DNA of 64,000 nucleotides from Oscillospiraceae bacterium (GTDB taxonomy: Bacteria > Bacillota > Clostridia > Oscillospirales > Ruminococcaceae), in NCBI GenBank assembly GCA_045121595.1, contig JBGVGI010000003.1, positions 63,610-127,609 on the forward strand. Reading direction: 5' to 3'. A program made the position numbers and the translations under genes. The notes under the pieces are model-generated. The model was not told the DNA's origin. It was given only the letters and a program-made list of their open reading frames with translations, and did no database searches. Each line of letters opens with the position of its first letter. The stretch's first letter is position 1. Of this stretch, positions 53,499 to 61,907 are shown piece after piece.

Positions 53499-54827
53499 TT
53501 ATTTACGGAAAGTTGTGATACTTCTTCCGTCACTCTTGAGCTGTTTTTCTTTTTCGTTCTTTTCAGCATCGTATTTGAGGAGGAGGTCAAGGTTGTCGAT
53601 TACTTTCTTGTGTGCATGGATATATTCATCAATAACAGTCTTGTCTTCATACTCAAATCTGGGAGCAGCATAGATAACACATTTGTTAAGATACTCGGAA
53701 ACTTCGAGGTACTCAGCGGGAGCATATTTTGCACCGTAGTGAGGACAACCGAAGTGACATTTTTCAGCGTAAGGGCCGTCAGCAGCAAAGAAAGGAGCTT
53801 TATGGAGTACACCGTATCCGCAAGGGCCTGTGAAAAGACCTTCAGCTGTCAAAGCTTCGAGCAATGTATGCATGGAAAGACCTTTGAGTTTTTCAGGGAG
53901 GTATTCAATATGGTGGTAAGCGTATACTCTGTTACCTCCGTCAACTTCTTTAAGAGGAATCATATGGCCCATTTCAGCAAGATGTTTGTCGAAGTATTCG
54001 CCGTTTTCTTTTCTGATTGCGTTGAGTTCGTCAAGTCTGTCAAGACCTGCTTCAGCAATAGCAGCAGCAAAGGGGTTGATTCTGTGTTTGAAACCAAAAC
54101 CTGTGAGGCTGTATTTTTTGTATTCAGAATCATCAGGAAGATTACCGAGTCTTTCGTAGTGACCGAGTGCACAAGCGCGTTCAAAGTATTCACGGTTATT
54201 CGTTACCATGATACCGCCTTCACCACCGGGGAGAACTTTAGAGCCCTGGAGTGAGAAGCATCCAATGTCACCGATAGAACCAACTTTTTTGCCTTTATAC
54301 TCAGCACCGTGAGCGTGAGAACAGTCTTCAATTACTTTGAGGTTATGTTTCTTAGCGAGTTCCATAATAGGATCCATATCGCAGGGGTTACCCCAAACGT
54401 GAACGAGAAGGATAGCCTTTGTTTTAGGAGTAATGCATTTTTCGATTGTTTCAGCTGTGAGAGTGTGAGAAGCACGGTCAACGTCAGCAAATACGGGGAT
54501 AGCGTTTGCTGCAGCAACGGGGCCTACTGTTGCCCAGAATGTAAAGGAAGGAACGATAACTTCATCACCTGCACCAACACCTACTGCAAAGAGAGCAGCC
54601 TGGATGGATGTTGTACCGTTAACGTAGCACAAGGAGTATTCTGTGCCGATATATTCTCTGAATTTCTTTTCAAATCTTGCTACTACGGGCGAAGCAGAAA
54701 TATCGCCTTTGATAAGCATATCGTTGATTACTTTGTAAGCTGAGTCTGCAACTACGGGGCGCTGACATCTTTCAAGTCCGCCTGATACCGCTTTTTCTCC
54801 ACCAAATAATGCTAATTTTTCTGTCAT
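53499..54827 (-). CDS. DegT/DnrJ/EryC1/StrS PLP-dependent sugar aminotransferase
   Basis: VIEDCSHAHG and FSLQGSKVLPGGEGG (PLP Lys). Confidence 0.92.
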   Translation of the reverse strand: MTEKLALFGGEKAVSGGLERCQRPVVADSAYKVINDMLIKGDISASPVVARFEKKFREYIGTEYSLCYVNGTTSIQAALFAVGVGAGDEVIVPSFTFWATVGPVAAANAIPVFADVDRASHTLTAETIEKCITPKTKAILLVHVWGNPCDMDPIMELAKKHNLKVIEDCSHAHGAEYKGKKVGSIGDIGCFSLQGSKVLPGGEGGIMVTNNREYFERACALGHYERLGNLPDDSEYKKYSLTGFGFKHRINPFAAAIAEAGLDRLDELNAIRKENGEYFDKHLAEMGHMIPLKEVDGGNRVYAYHHIEYLPEKLKGLSMHTLLEALTAEGLFTGPCGYGVLHKAPFFAADGPYAEKCHFGCPHYGAKYAPAEYLEVSEYLNKCVIYAAPRFEYEDKTVIDEYIHAHKKVIDNLDLLLKYDAEKNEKEKQLKSDGRSITTFRK

Positions 54828-54840
54828 AATAATTCTCTCC

Positions 54841-55851
54841 TTAAAAATTTATTTTTTTGCCTGATTTTGATGATTCATATATAGCACAAATAAGTTCAAC
54901 ACTTCGTCTGCCCTCATTTGCATCTATTAAAAGTTTCTCTCCGTTTTCGAGATGGTTTATAAGGTTTAAAATCTGTGCCTTATGTCCCGAGAACGAAATC
55001 TGTTTGGGGTCAGCAAAAGAAGCCACCAAAGCTTCTTTTTTCTCTTCCTTTTCGTCCCCTATATCCCAGTGAACGATAGCGTCTTCCTCTAAAACGATAC
55101 TGCCTTCGGTTCCGCAAATTTCAAACTGTCTGGGATAACCGGGAGTAACAGAAGTAGTACCCTCGATAGTACCGATAGCGCCGTTTTCAAATTCAACTAC
55201 CGCAACGGCAGTATCCTCTACCTCGATATCGTGCTTTAAGGTTCTGCAGAAAGCAAAAACGCTTTTCACGTCCCCCATATAGTAAAGCATAAGGTCAACG
55301 CCGTGGATACCCTGATTCATCAAAGCACCACCGCCGTCCATAGCCCAGGTGCCTCTCCAGTTTGAGGAAGCATAGTATTCTTCCGAACGGAAGTATTTCA
55401 TATGCACACCGCATTCAACAAGCTTACCGAGTTTATTTTCAGCAATTGCCTTTTTAACCTTTTTGCTTGTTTCGGAAAAACGAAGCTGAGAGATAACAAC
55501 ACAGCTTTTACCCGTTTCAACTTGAGTGTCAACAAGTTTCTGACAGTCTTCAGGGGTAATTGCCATTGGTTTTTCAACCACAACGTTTTTGCCACTCTTC
55601 ATTGCAGCAATCGCAGTTTTTGCGTGCATACCGCTTGGGGTACAGATACAAACGATATCAATATTTTCATCACTTAAAAGCTCTTCTTCGCTTTTAAACT
55701 TCTTACTACCCCACTTTTCGCAAAATGCGTCAGCCGCTTTTTCGTAAGGGTCGTAAGCGCCGTAGATTTCAGCATTTTCGATACTATCTATCGCGAGAGC
55801 GTGAATTCCTGCAATAAATCCGCAACCGATAATTCCAAACTTATAGCTCAT
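54841..55851 (-). CDS. Gfo/Idh/MocA oxidoreductase
   Basis: GIIGCGFIA, VVEKP, DGGGALMNQGIHGVD. Confidence 0.92.
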   Translation of the reverse strand: MSYKFGIIGCGFIAGIHALAIDSIENAEIYGAYDPYEKAADAFCEKWGSKKFKSEEELLSDENIDIVCICTPSGMHAKTAIAAMKSGKNVVVEKPMAITPEDCQKLVDTQVETGKSCVVISQLRFSETSKKVKKAIAENKLGKLVECGVHMKYFRSEEYYASSNWRGTWAMDGGGALMNQGIHGVDLMLYYMGDVKSVFAFCRTLKHDIEVEDTAVAVVEFENGAIGTIEGTTSVTPGYPRQFEICGTEGSIVLEEDAIVHWDIGDEKEEKKEALVASFADPKQISFSGHKAQILNLINHLENGEKLLIDANEGRRSVELICAIYESSKSGKKINF

Positions 55852-55852
55852 T

Positions 55853-56752
55853 TTATTCCCCCTCTAAAAGTCTTAATGCGTTATCTCTACATACTTTTCT
55901 GTATGCATCGTAGCTTATCTTACCCTGCTCCATAGCTTCGTCTAAAAATTCAGGAAGCTTCATCAAAGGACGATCGTAAGGGTCGGGAGTGCAGATATCA
56001 GCACCGTAATAAATTCTGTCCTGAAATTCTTCAATAAACTTGTATGTAAACTCAGGGTCACGTGTCAGAGCAAAGTATCCGCTGCCTGCAGACACGTCGC
56101 AGTGGAGGTTTTTGTATTTTCTCATAAGCTCCACAACTCTGCCGCCTTCGGTTACGGGGCCTTCGTGATACTGTCCACGAGATTTAAGATAACAGTCACC
56201 GCTTATCTCGTTCCAGAATTTTGTGGAATGTCCTATAAAAATGAGATTCGGGAACATCTTAAGTACCTTTTCAAGTCTGGGAAGTCCCATTTCGTCGGCA
56301 ACGCCGTAATCCCTTCCCATCTGTCCGATATGGAAAAGTACCGGCATATTACAAGCTTCACAATGCTTAAAGAGGTTAATCATCATAGGGTCGTCAAAAT
56401 ACATATTCTTTGTAAGCTCACCGACGCCCTTAGCACCAAGCGCTTTATACTGCTCAAGGTAGAATGAAAGGTTTACGTCAGGGTCGTTACATTCAAAACC
56501 TGGGTCAAAGTTACAAAACCACCAGCCAATGGTATCGGGGCGTTCTTTTGCAATTTTTATAACCTCGGGAATCGACTGGGACTGCGGACAACCTGCATTG
56601 TCAACCAAGGGAAGAAGTACTGCCTTCTCAACGCCCATCACGTCGTATGCACGGCGCATATCGTCGACGGTCGGGAAGCATCCGTACGGACCTTTGATAA
56701 CGTTTTCTGCAAGAGCATGGCAGTGAATATCAATTTTTTTAAGTCTTTGCAT
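55853..56752 (-). CDS. Amidohydrolase_2 family metallohydrolase
   Basis: IDIHCH, GVGE, VLFH, IGHS, YYGAD. Confidence 0.85.
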   Translation of the reverse strand: MQRLKKIDIHCHALAENVIKGPYGCFPTVDDMRRAYDVMGVEKAVLLPLVDNAGCPQSQSIPEVIKIAKERPDTIGWWFCNFDPGFECNDPDVNLSFYLEQYKALGAKGVGELTKNMYFDDPMMINLFKHCEACNMPVLFHIGQMGRDYGVADEMGLPRLEKVLKMFPNLIFIGHSTKFWNEISGDCYLKSRGQYHEGPVTEGGRVVELMRKYKNLHCDVSAGSGYFALTRDPEFTYKFIEEFQDRIYYGADICTPDPYDRPLMKLPEFLDEAMEQGKISYDAYRKVCRDNALRLLEGE

Positions 56753-56999
56753 AATAAGTCCCCCTTATTATTTAAATGAATACCCGCAAATTTCTTTTAA
56801 AATCTCCGGTTTCAAGCAGGAATAGTAAACCTCGTTTACTATTCCCACTTGCTACATCCCTTATATATATCTTTAGTTTAATTATACATTTTTTACAAAA
56901 ATTTTCAAGCGATTTTTAAAAAATGAAAGATTTTGCAACAACTTTGAATTTTAAGCAAAAAAAATGTCAAAATCCTTGGCAGAACTTTGACAATTTTAA

Positions 57000-58328
57000 T
57001 TAATAATGAAATTGTTTGCGTTTTAAAAGCATCATAACAACCGACAAAAATGCCGCCATAAACTCCGCCACCACAACCGATATCCAGATTCCGTCAACCT
57101 TAAAAATCAAAGGCAGAAGCATAACCGCCAGTATCTGGAATACGAGGGTTCTTAAAAACGAAATAAATGCCGAAGTCACCCCGTCACTGAGTGCCGTGAA
57201 AAAGCCTGAGCCGAAAATCGCCATACCCATAAACAAAAAGCAAAGTGAGTAAATTTTAAGTCCCTTGCAGGTAAGTGATAAAAGCTCAGGGTCGTAGCCC
57301 ACGAAAAATTTCGACAAAGGTGCCGCAAAAACAATTCCCGTCACCACCATAAAAATCGCAGAAATACAGATGACTTTAACACTCTTATTAAGCACGTTTT
57401 TAAGCTCAGTATGATTTTGCGCTCCGAAATTAAACCCGAAAACGGGTGCCGTGCCGATAGAATAGCCGATAAAAGCCGCCGCAAAGATAAAGCTTACGTA
57501 CATAATAACGCCGTACGCCGCAACTCCGTCTTCCCCCGCGTATTTTAAAAGCTGAACGTTATAAAGCATACCGACAACCGACATCGAAATATTGCTCATA
57601 AGCTCGGACGAGCCGTTTACACAGGCTTTCACTATAGCCTTGCCGTAATATCTCGTTTTGCCGAGAGAAAGTAAGCTGTCGTTTTTCTTTGCAAAATAGA
57701 TAAGCGGAATAACACCGCCCACCACCTGACTTAAAGCAGTAGCAAACGCCGCCCCCACTATTCCAAAACTGAAAACTCCGACAAGCAAAGCGTCAAGCAC
57801 CATATTGGTAACGCCTGAAGCTACCGTTGTATAAAGCCCGAGCTTCGGCTTTTCCGCCGTTACAAAAAAGGTTTGAAACTCCATCTGCAGAATATAAAAA
57901 GGGAGTGCTAAAAGGTTTATTCTTCCGTACAAAACGGCGTTTTTATGCATCTCCCCCTCACCGCCGATTAGGGTAGTAACCTGAGGGAGAAAAACAATTC
58001 CAAAAAACGCAATTATAACGCCTAAAATAAAAGAAACGTAGATATAAAGCGAGAAATATTCGTTTGCTTTTTTATGGTCACCCTCGCCTAAGGTTTTTGC
58101 AACGATAGCGCTTCCGCCCGTACCGAACATAAACCCGACAGTACCCATAATCATCAGAAACGGCCAGATAAGATTCACCGCCGCAAAGGGAGTTTTGCCG
58201 ACGAAATTCGAAACGAAAAACCCGTCAACCACCCCGTAAATCGAGGTGAAAATCATCATCGCAATAGACGGCAGGGTGAATTTAAAAAGTTTTTTGTATG
58301 TAAAGTGATCTGAAAGCTTAATTTCCAT
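57000..58328 (-). CDS. MATE family efflux transporter
   Basis: LPSIAMMIFTSIYGVVDGFFVSNFVG, about 12 TMs. Confidence 0.92.
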   Translation of the reverse strand: MEIKLSDHFTYKKLFKFTLPSIAMMIFTSIYGVVDGFFVSNFVGKTPFAAVNLIWPFLMIMGTVGFMFGTGGSAIVAKTLGEGDHKKANEYFSLYIYVSFILGVIIAFFGIVFLPQVTTLIGGEGEMHKNAVLYGRINLLALPFYILQMEFQTFFVTAEKPKLGLYTTVASGVTNMVLDALLVGVFSFGIVGAAFATALSQVVGGVIPLIYFAKKNDSLLSLGKTRYYGKAIVKACVNGSSELMSNISMSVVGMLYNVQLLKYAGEDGVAAYGVIMYVSFIFAAAFIGYSIGTAPVFGFNFGAQNHTELKNVLNKSVKVICISAIFMVVTGIVFAAPLSKFFVGYDPELLSLTCKGLKIYSLCFLFMGMAIFGSGFFTALSDGVTSAFISFLRTLVFQILAVMLLPLIFKVDGIWISVVVAEFMAAFLSVVMMLLKRKQFHY

Positions 58329-59607
58329 TATTTAAGTTTTTAAGTGATGCTTTGTAACCTTTCTGAATTTTTTCGTCAATGCCTTTTTTGAACGGACCAA
58401 TAAGGCGGTATTCAAAGTAGCAAAGTGCCTCGTATCCGCCCTCGTCAAGCTCGAAGTCATTAACGACGTATGCACAACAGTCGGTGTAACCGATAAAGAA
58501 CATCTTCTTGTCCTTAAAGCATTCCTTCACGCATTTTTTAACGTGATTTGTAGGCTCACCGCCCATAGTTGCAATATATACGTCGTCGCAGAGTTTTACC
58601 GTCTGGCAGTGCAAAAGCAAAACTCGGGGGAGTACTTCGTGACCGCCCTCGTTTGCAATATAGTTTGCGTTTATGTAGTTAATGTTCTTTTCACCATAAG
58701 GAATAAACTCATCGCAAAGCTCTTTAAAGCGTTCCTTACTCTGTTCTTCCATAGGAAGCTCTGCCGCAAATTCATCGGAAGCTATCTGAAGCTCAAACTT
58801 GTAGTTTTTGCCGTCAACTGCTTTTATTACGTCGTTTGCAATAGATTTTGCAAATCTGTCAACGTGTGAAAAAGGCAAAGGCTGAGCAAATTTTCCGTCA
58901 ACCACCGTTGCCATCGGACGCACGTCGCCACCTGCCGACTGGAAGTAAAGGGATACGCATCCGTAATAATTTGCATCAATAAGCTGACAAACACGGGCAG
59001 GGAACTCACCGCTTAAGGAAGAATCCGCAGGGTAGAAAACAGGGTGACAACCGTAGCTCATCACAACGCTTTTAACGTCACCGAACAAATCCCTTACAAC
59101 GAGTACGCCAAACTCGGTATCACGTTCGTGCTTAGGATCTGCAAAGTTCATAAACACGCCGTCCTTGTAACCTCTGCGGCTGATACTGAAAAATGCTTCA
59201 AAGGTGGTATGTTCAATCGTGCCTTCAAACATCGTGTTCATCGCACGGTCCAAAGTTTTCTTAGCACGGTCGAGTAAAAACGCTTCGTATTCTTCGTTTG
59301 CAAAGCACTGACTGTAACCTCTTGCCGCAGGTGCAATATGGTCGTGAGTACAACCTAAAATAAAGGCAGACTCCTCAACCCCGTACTTTTCCTTAGCATA
59401 TTTTGCAAGGCAGTTATTAAGGCTTCTTTCGTGGAAAAGCAAATCCATCGACATAAGCACCGTCTTGTTTTCGCCGTCACTCATCGCAAGGCATCTTACA
59501 AACACGTCATCGTGAACGTAATCGTAATTCCCCGTGTTCCCCCTCGCACACGCAAGTACCATATTAAAGGGTGGTGTGATAATATCTTTAGAAATACCAA
59601 AATACAT
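58318..59607 (-). CDS. Neutral/alkaline ceramidase-like N-terminal-domain hydrolase
   Basis: G.S..IITP, HDDVFVRCL, THDH, YGCHPV, QSAGGD. ATG 59607 follows AGGAG. Confidence 0.7.
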   Translation of the reverse strand: MYFGISKDIITPPFNMVLACARGNTGNYDYVHDDVFVRCLAMSDGENKTVLMSMDLLFHERSLNNCLAKYAKEKYGVEESAFILGCTHDHIAPAARGYSQCFANEEYEAFLLDRAKKTLDRAMNTMFEGTIEHTTFEAFFSISRRGYKDGVFMNFADPKHERDTEFGVLVVRDLFGDVKSVVMSYGCHPVFYPADSSLSGEFPARVCQLIDANYYGCVSLYFQSAGGDVRPMATVVDGKFAQPLPFSHVDRFAKSIANDVIKAVDGKNYKFELQIASDEFAAELPMEEQSKERFKELCDEFIPYGEKNINYINANYIANEGGHEVLPRVLLLHCQTVKLCDDVYIATMGGEPTNHVKKCVKECFKDKKMFFIGYTDCCAYVVNDFELDEGGYEALCYFEYRLIGPFKKGIDEKIQKGYKASLKNLNNGN

Positions 59608-59697
59608 AAAAATCTCTCCTTTTCTCTTAGGCATAACCGACAAATCCGATATGCCTATATAAATCCATTTTAACATAAACAAAAATAAAGTCAAGAA

Positions 59698-59721
59698 AAA
59701 AGAGGGGAATCCCCCTCTTAA
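59698..59721 (-). terminator. Terminator after the WYL operon
   Basis: AAGAGGGG-AATC-CCCCTCTT; on the minus strand it is followed by a T tract. Confidence 0.7.
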
Positions 59722-60077
59722 ATCACGTAGTATTCGTTACACATATGACACTGATAATGCTCATCGTAACAGAGTATAGTGCTTTTGTCCGTGTATTTTT
59801 CCGTCACAGCCGTGATAAACTCTTCCATACATTTATCAAAATAGATAAGATAACTGTCATCGCTTTTACGGTAAACCACCCTGCCACGGGGATAATAATC
59901 AAAGTCGACTTTATACCTTTGCTTATAGTTTTCCTCCCAGATCTTGTAGTGACTATGAGGATAGTTTAGAAAATCGCCGTACTCCTCCCCTTCGGCAAGA
60001 GAACAACCGTGAAAAAGCAGTTCTCCGTTCACGCAGAAAAATAAAGAGGGTCCGATTACTTTGTTTTCAGTTTCCAT
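59718..60077 (-). CDS. Conserved hypothetical protein with YPRGRV and HYxCxxC motifs
   Basis: YGDFLNYP.SH...DYYPRGRVVY...DEHYQCHMC; overlaps the upstream gene by 22 nt. Confidence 0.7.
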   Translation of the reverse strand: METENKVIGPSLFFCVNGELLFHGCSLAEGEEYGDFLNYPHSHYKIWEENYKQRYKVDFDYYPRGRVVYRKSDDSYLIYFDKCMEEFITAVTEKYTDKSTILCYDEHYQCHMCNEYYVI

Positions 60078-60784
60078 TTGCAGTCATCCTCATTTCCTTT
60101 TAACAACTTACAAACATCAGAAAATACAGTTTTTGCATATGCAAAAAGAATATTTCTGTCAACCATAAACCACATTGGGTGCACAAACTCAAGATAGAAA
60201 ATATTATCCTTTTCGAAATATTTAGCACCTGACGGAAGGGTTTTAATTTCTTCGTTCTCAACTTTAAACATAATTTTTGCAAAATCAAAAGTTCCTCCAC
60301 AGATAACAAGTTCCGGGCAAATACACTTTTCTATTTCTTCGACAATAATATGGCCATACTTATTTGCAGCATACAGAATTTCTTCATACTTACTGCTACC
60401 GCCGCCAGCAGTCTTTTTGATATTCACAACCGCTGTCTCAAGCAGATTTTTCTGCAATTTTTTTGTATCAAAATTTCCATATTCATCAGTGCAATCAACA
60501 AAATCCACATCCGTTTTATGTAATGCTTCTAACCACAAACAAATATTAGGCCATGTTTTATACATGGTATCCGCATATGCCTGTTGCCTGGTGTTTTCCA
60601 TAAAATCGGTCCAATCTTTTTCCATATCAGGATAGTTTACTTCTTTAAGCAAAAACAAAGTTTTGATATCAGATTTCATAAATCTTTCTTCATCCACCAC
60701 ACCATCAAAAGCAATATACTTTCCCTCAAACAGTTCCCTGTTTTCCTCCAATAAATTTGCTACTCTTTCATTAATTTTACTCAT
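60056..60784 (-). CDS. Uracil-DNA-glycosylase-superfamily-like protein
   Basis: LFLLKEVN, VVNIKK, ICPELVICGGT and FVHP align with the UDG-fold motif order. Confidence 0.6.
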   Translation of the reverse strand: MSKINERVANLLEENRELFEGKYIAFDGVVDEERFMKSDIKTLFLLKEVNYPDMEKDWTDFMENTRQQAYADTMYKTWPNICLWLEALHKTDVDFVDCTDEYGNFDTKKLQKNLLETAVVNIKKTAGGGSSKYEEILYAANKYGHIIVEEIEKCICPELVICGGTFDFAKIMFKVENEEIKTLPSGAKYFEKDNIFYLEFVHPMWFMVDRNILFAYAKTVFSDVCKLLKGNEDDCKWKLKTK

Positions 60785-60785
60785 C

Positions 60786-61832
60786 CTACTTTTCCCCCTC
60801 ATATTTTCCAACAGCGTTTTTTAAATCCTCTTTTACTGTATCTACTAAGCTTTCGGGTTCGAGTATCTGCACGTATGGCGCATATTGCAAAGCCCAAAAG
60901 CGCATAGCCTTGACGTTTGCCGTAACAGTTGCGGTCACCGAGTCCTCACACTCGTCATAAAAGCTTATTCCGTTTCCAAACCAGTTTATAAGCTCACCCG
61001 CCATATCGGGGTTGGTTTTCATAACAATTCTTTCGCTTTCACCCGAAAACATATAAACATGCTCCGCCATATGTTTGGGTAAATCAAGTCCTTTTTCCAA
61101 ACCTTTTACTTTATTTTTAGGCTTTGCCGGAACATCTAAAATGTCAATGTTTGCAATATGATCTACACGGTAGTGAGAAACGTTATCGTATTTATCAAAG
61201 TTTCCTATCAGGTAGTAACTACCATTAGTTGTAACCATCTGGTAAGGGTTTACTACATACTTTTTATTTTCTCCATCCGATTTTTTGCGAAGGTGAAGTT
61301 TTTTATCGGTACCGTAATCCCCATAATTGAATGTTACCTGACGATTTCTTTCAATAGCTTCATCAAGAATTTCAATTGTATAAAAGAGTTCTGCATTTTG
61401 TGGTTTATCCTCCGGTAGATTATGCACATGGCGAACCTTGGTTTTAAAATATTTGTTTGAAAGACCGGATATTTTATTTATCAATTCCTTACATTGACTG
61501 CATGGGATATGCTTTGAGAAAAGTAAGCTGTCAATCAAAAGACGAAGTTCAGCATCGGAAAAATCTCTTTCCAGATACCAGTCAGTGTAGATGACTTCTT
61601 CCTCGCCATCTTTGTTATGGCGGACAGTTTCGGAAAATTCGAGATTGTAACCAAAATCGATAAGATTCATAAGATTACGCTTGATTGCCTTGCGATCTAC
61701 AACCATATCATATTCCGACCTTAAAATATCAATTATTTCCTTCTGACTGAGGCGGTGGTTTTCGTCAGTATACCGCTTTAAAATATCAAGAATATTTATA
61801 ATAAGCATCTTTTTGGGTTGTTTTGTATACAA
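60786..61832 (-). CDS. wHTH-WYL-WCX transcriptional regulator
   Basis: N-terminal wHTH; VNPYQMVTTNGSYYLIG...YRVDHI WYL core; WALQYAPYVQILEP. TTG start after GGAGG. Confidence 0.92.
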   Translation of the reverse strand: MYTKQPKKMLIINILDILKRYTDENHRLSQKEIIDILRSEYDMVVDRKAIKRNLMNLIDFGYNLEFSETVRHNKDGEEEVIYTDWYLERDFSDAELRLLIDSLLFSKHIPCSQCKELINKISGLSNKYFKTKVRHVHNLPEDKPQNAELFYTIEILDEAIERNRQVTFNYGDYGTDKKLHLRKKSDGENKKYVVNPYQMVTTNGSYYLIGNFDKYDNVSHYRVDHIANIDILDVPAKPKNKVKGLEKGLDLPKHMAEHVYMFSGESERIVMKTNPDMAGELINWFGNGISFYDECEDSVTATVTANVKAMRFWALQYAPYVQILEPESLVDTVKEDLKNAVGKYEGEK

Positions 61833-61873
61833 ACTAAAGCGCCTCCATCTGTACTAAATTATCGTGTGACTTA

Positions 61874-61902
61874 ATTATATCATACACTATATGATTTTAC
61901 AA
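61874..61902 (-). promoter_or_regulatory. WYL gene promoter with inverted repeat in the spacer
   Basis: TTGTAA-17 nt-TATAAT (TGn); ATCATA-N5-TATGAT at 61879-61895. Confidence 0.7.
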
Positions 61903-61907
61903 GGAAA

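Noticed and set aside
53442-54254. 270-aa plus-strand ORF antisense to the aminotransferase
   Set aside because: Shadow ORF; the minus strand has clear PLP-enzyme motifs.
56850-56860. GGGATGTAGC (minus strand), resembling a tRNA 5' end
   Set aside because: No D-loop, anticodon arm, TTC loop or acceptor-stem partner follows.
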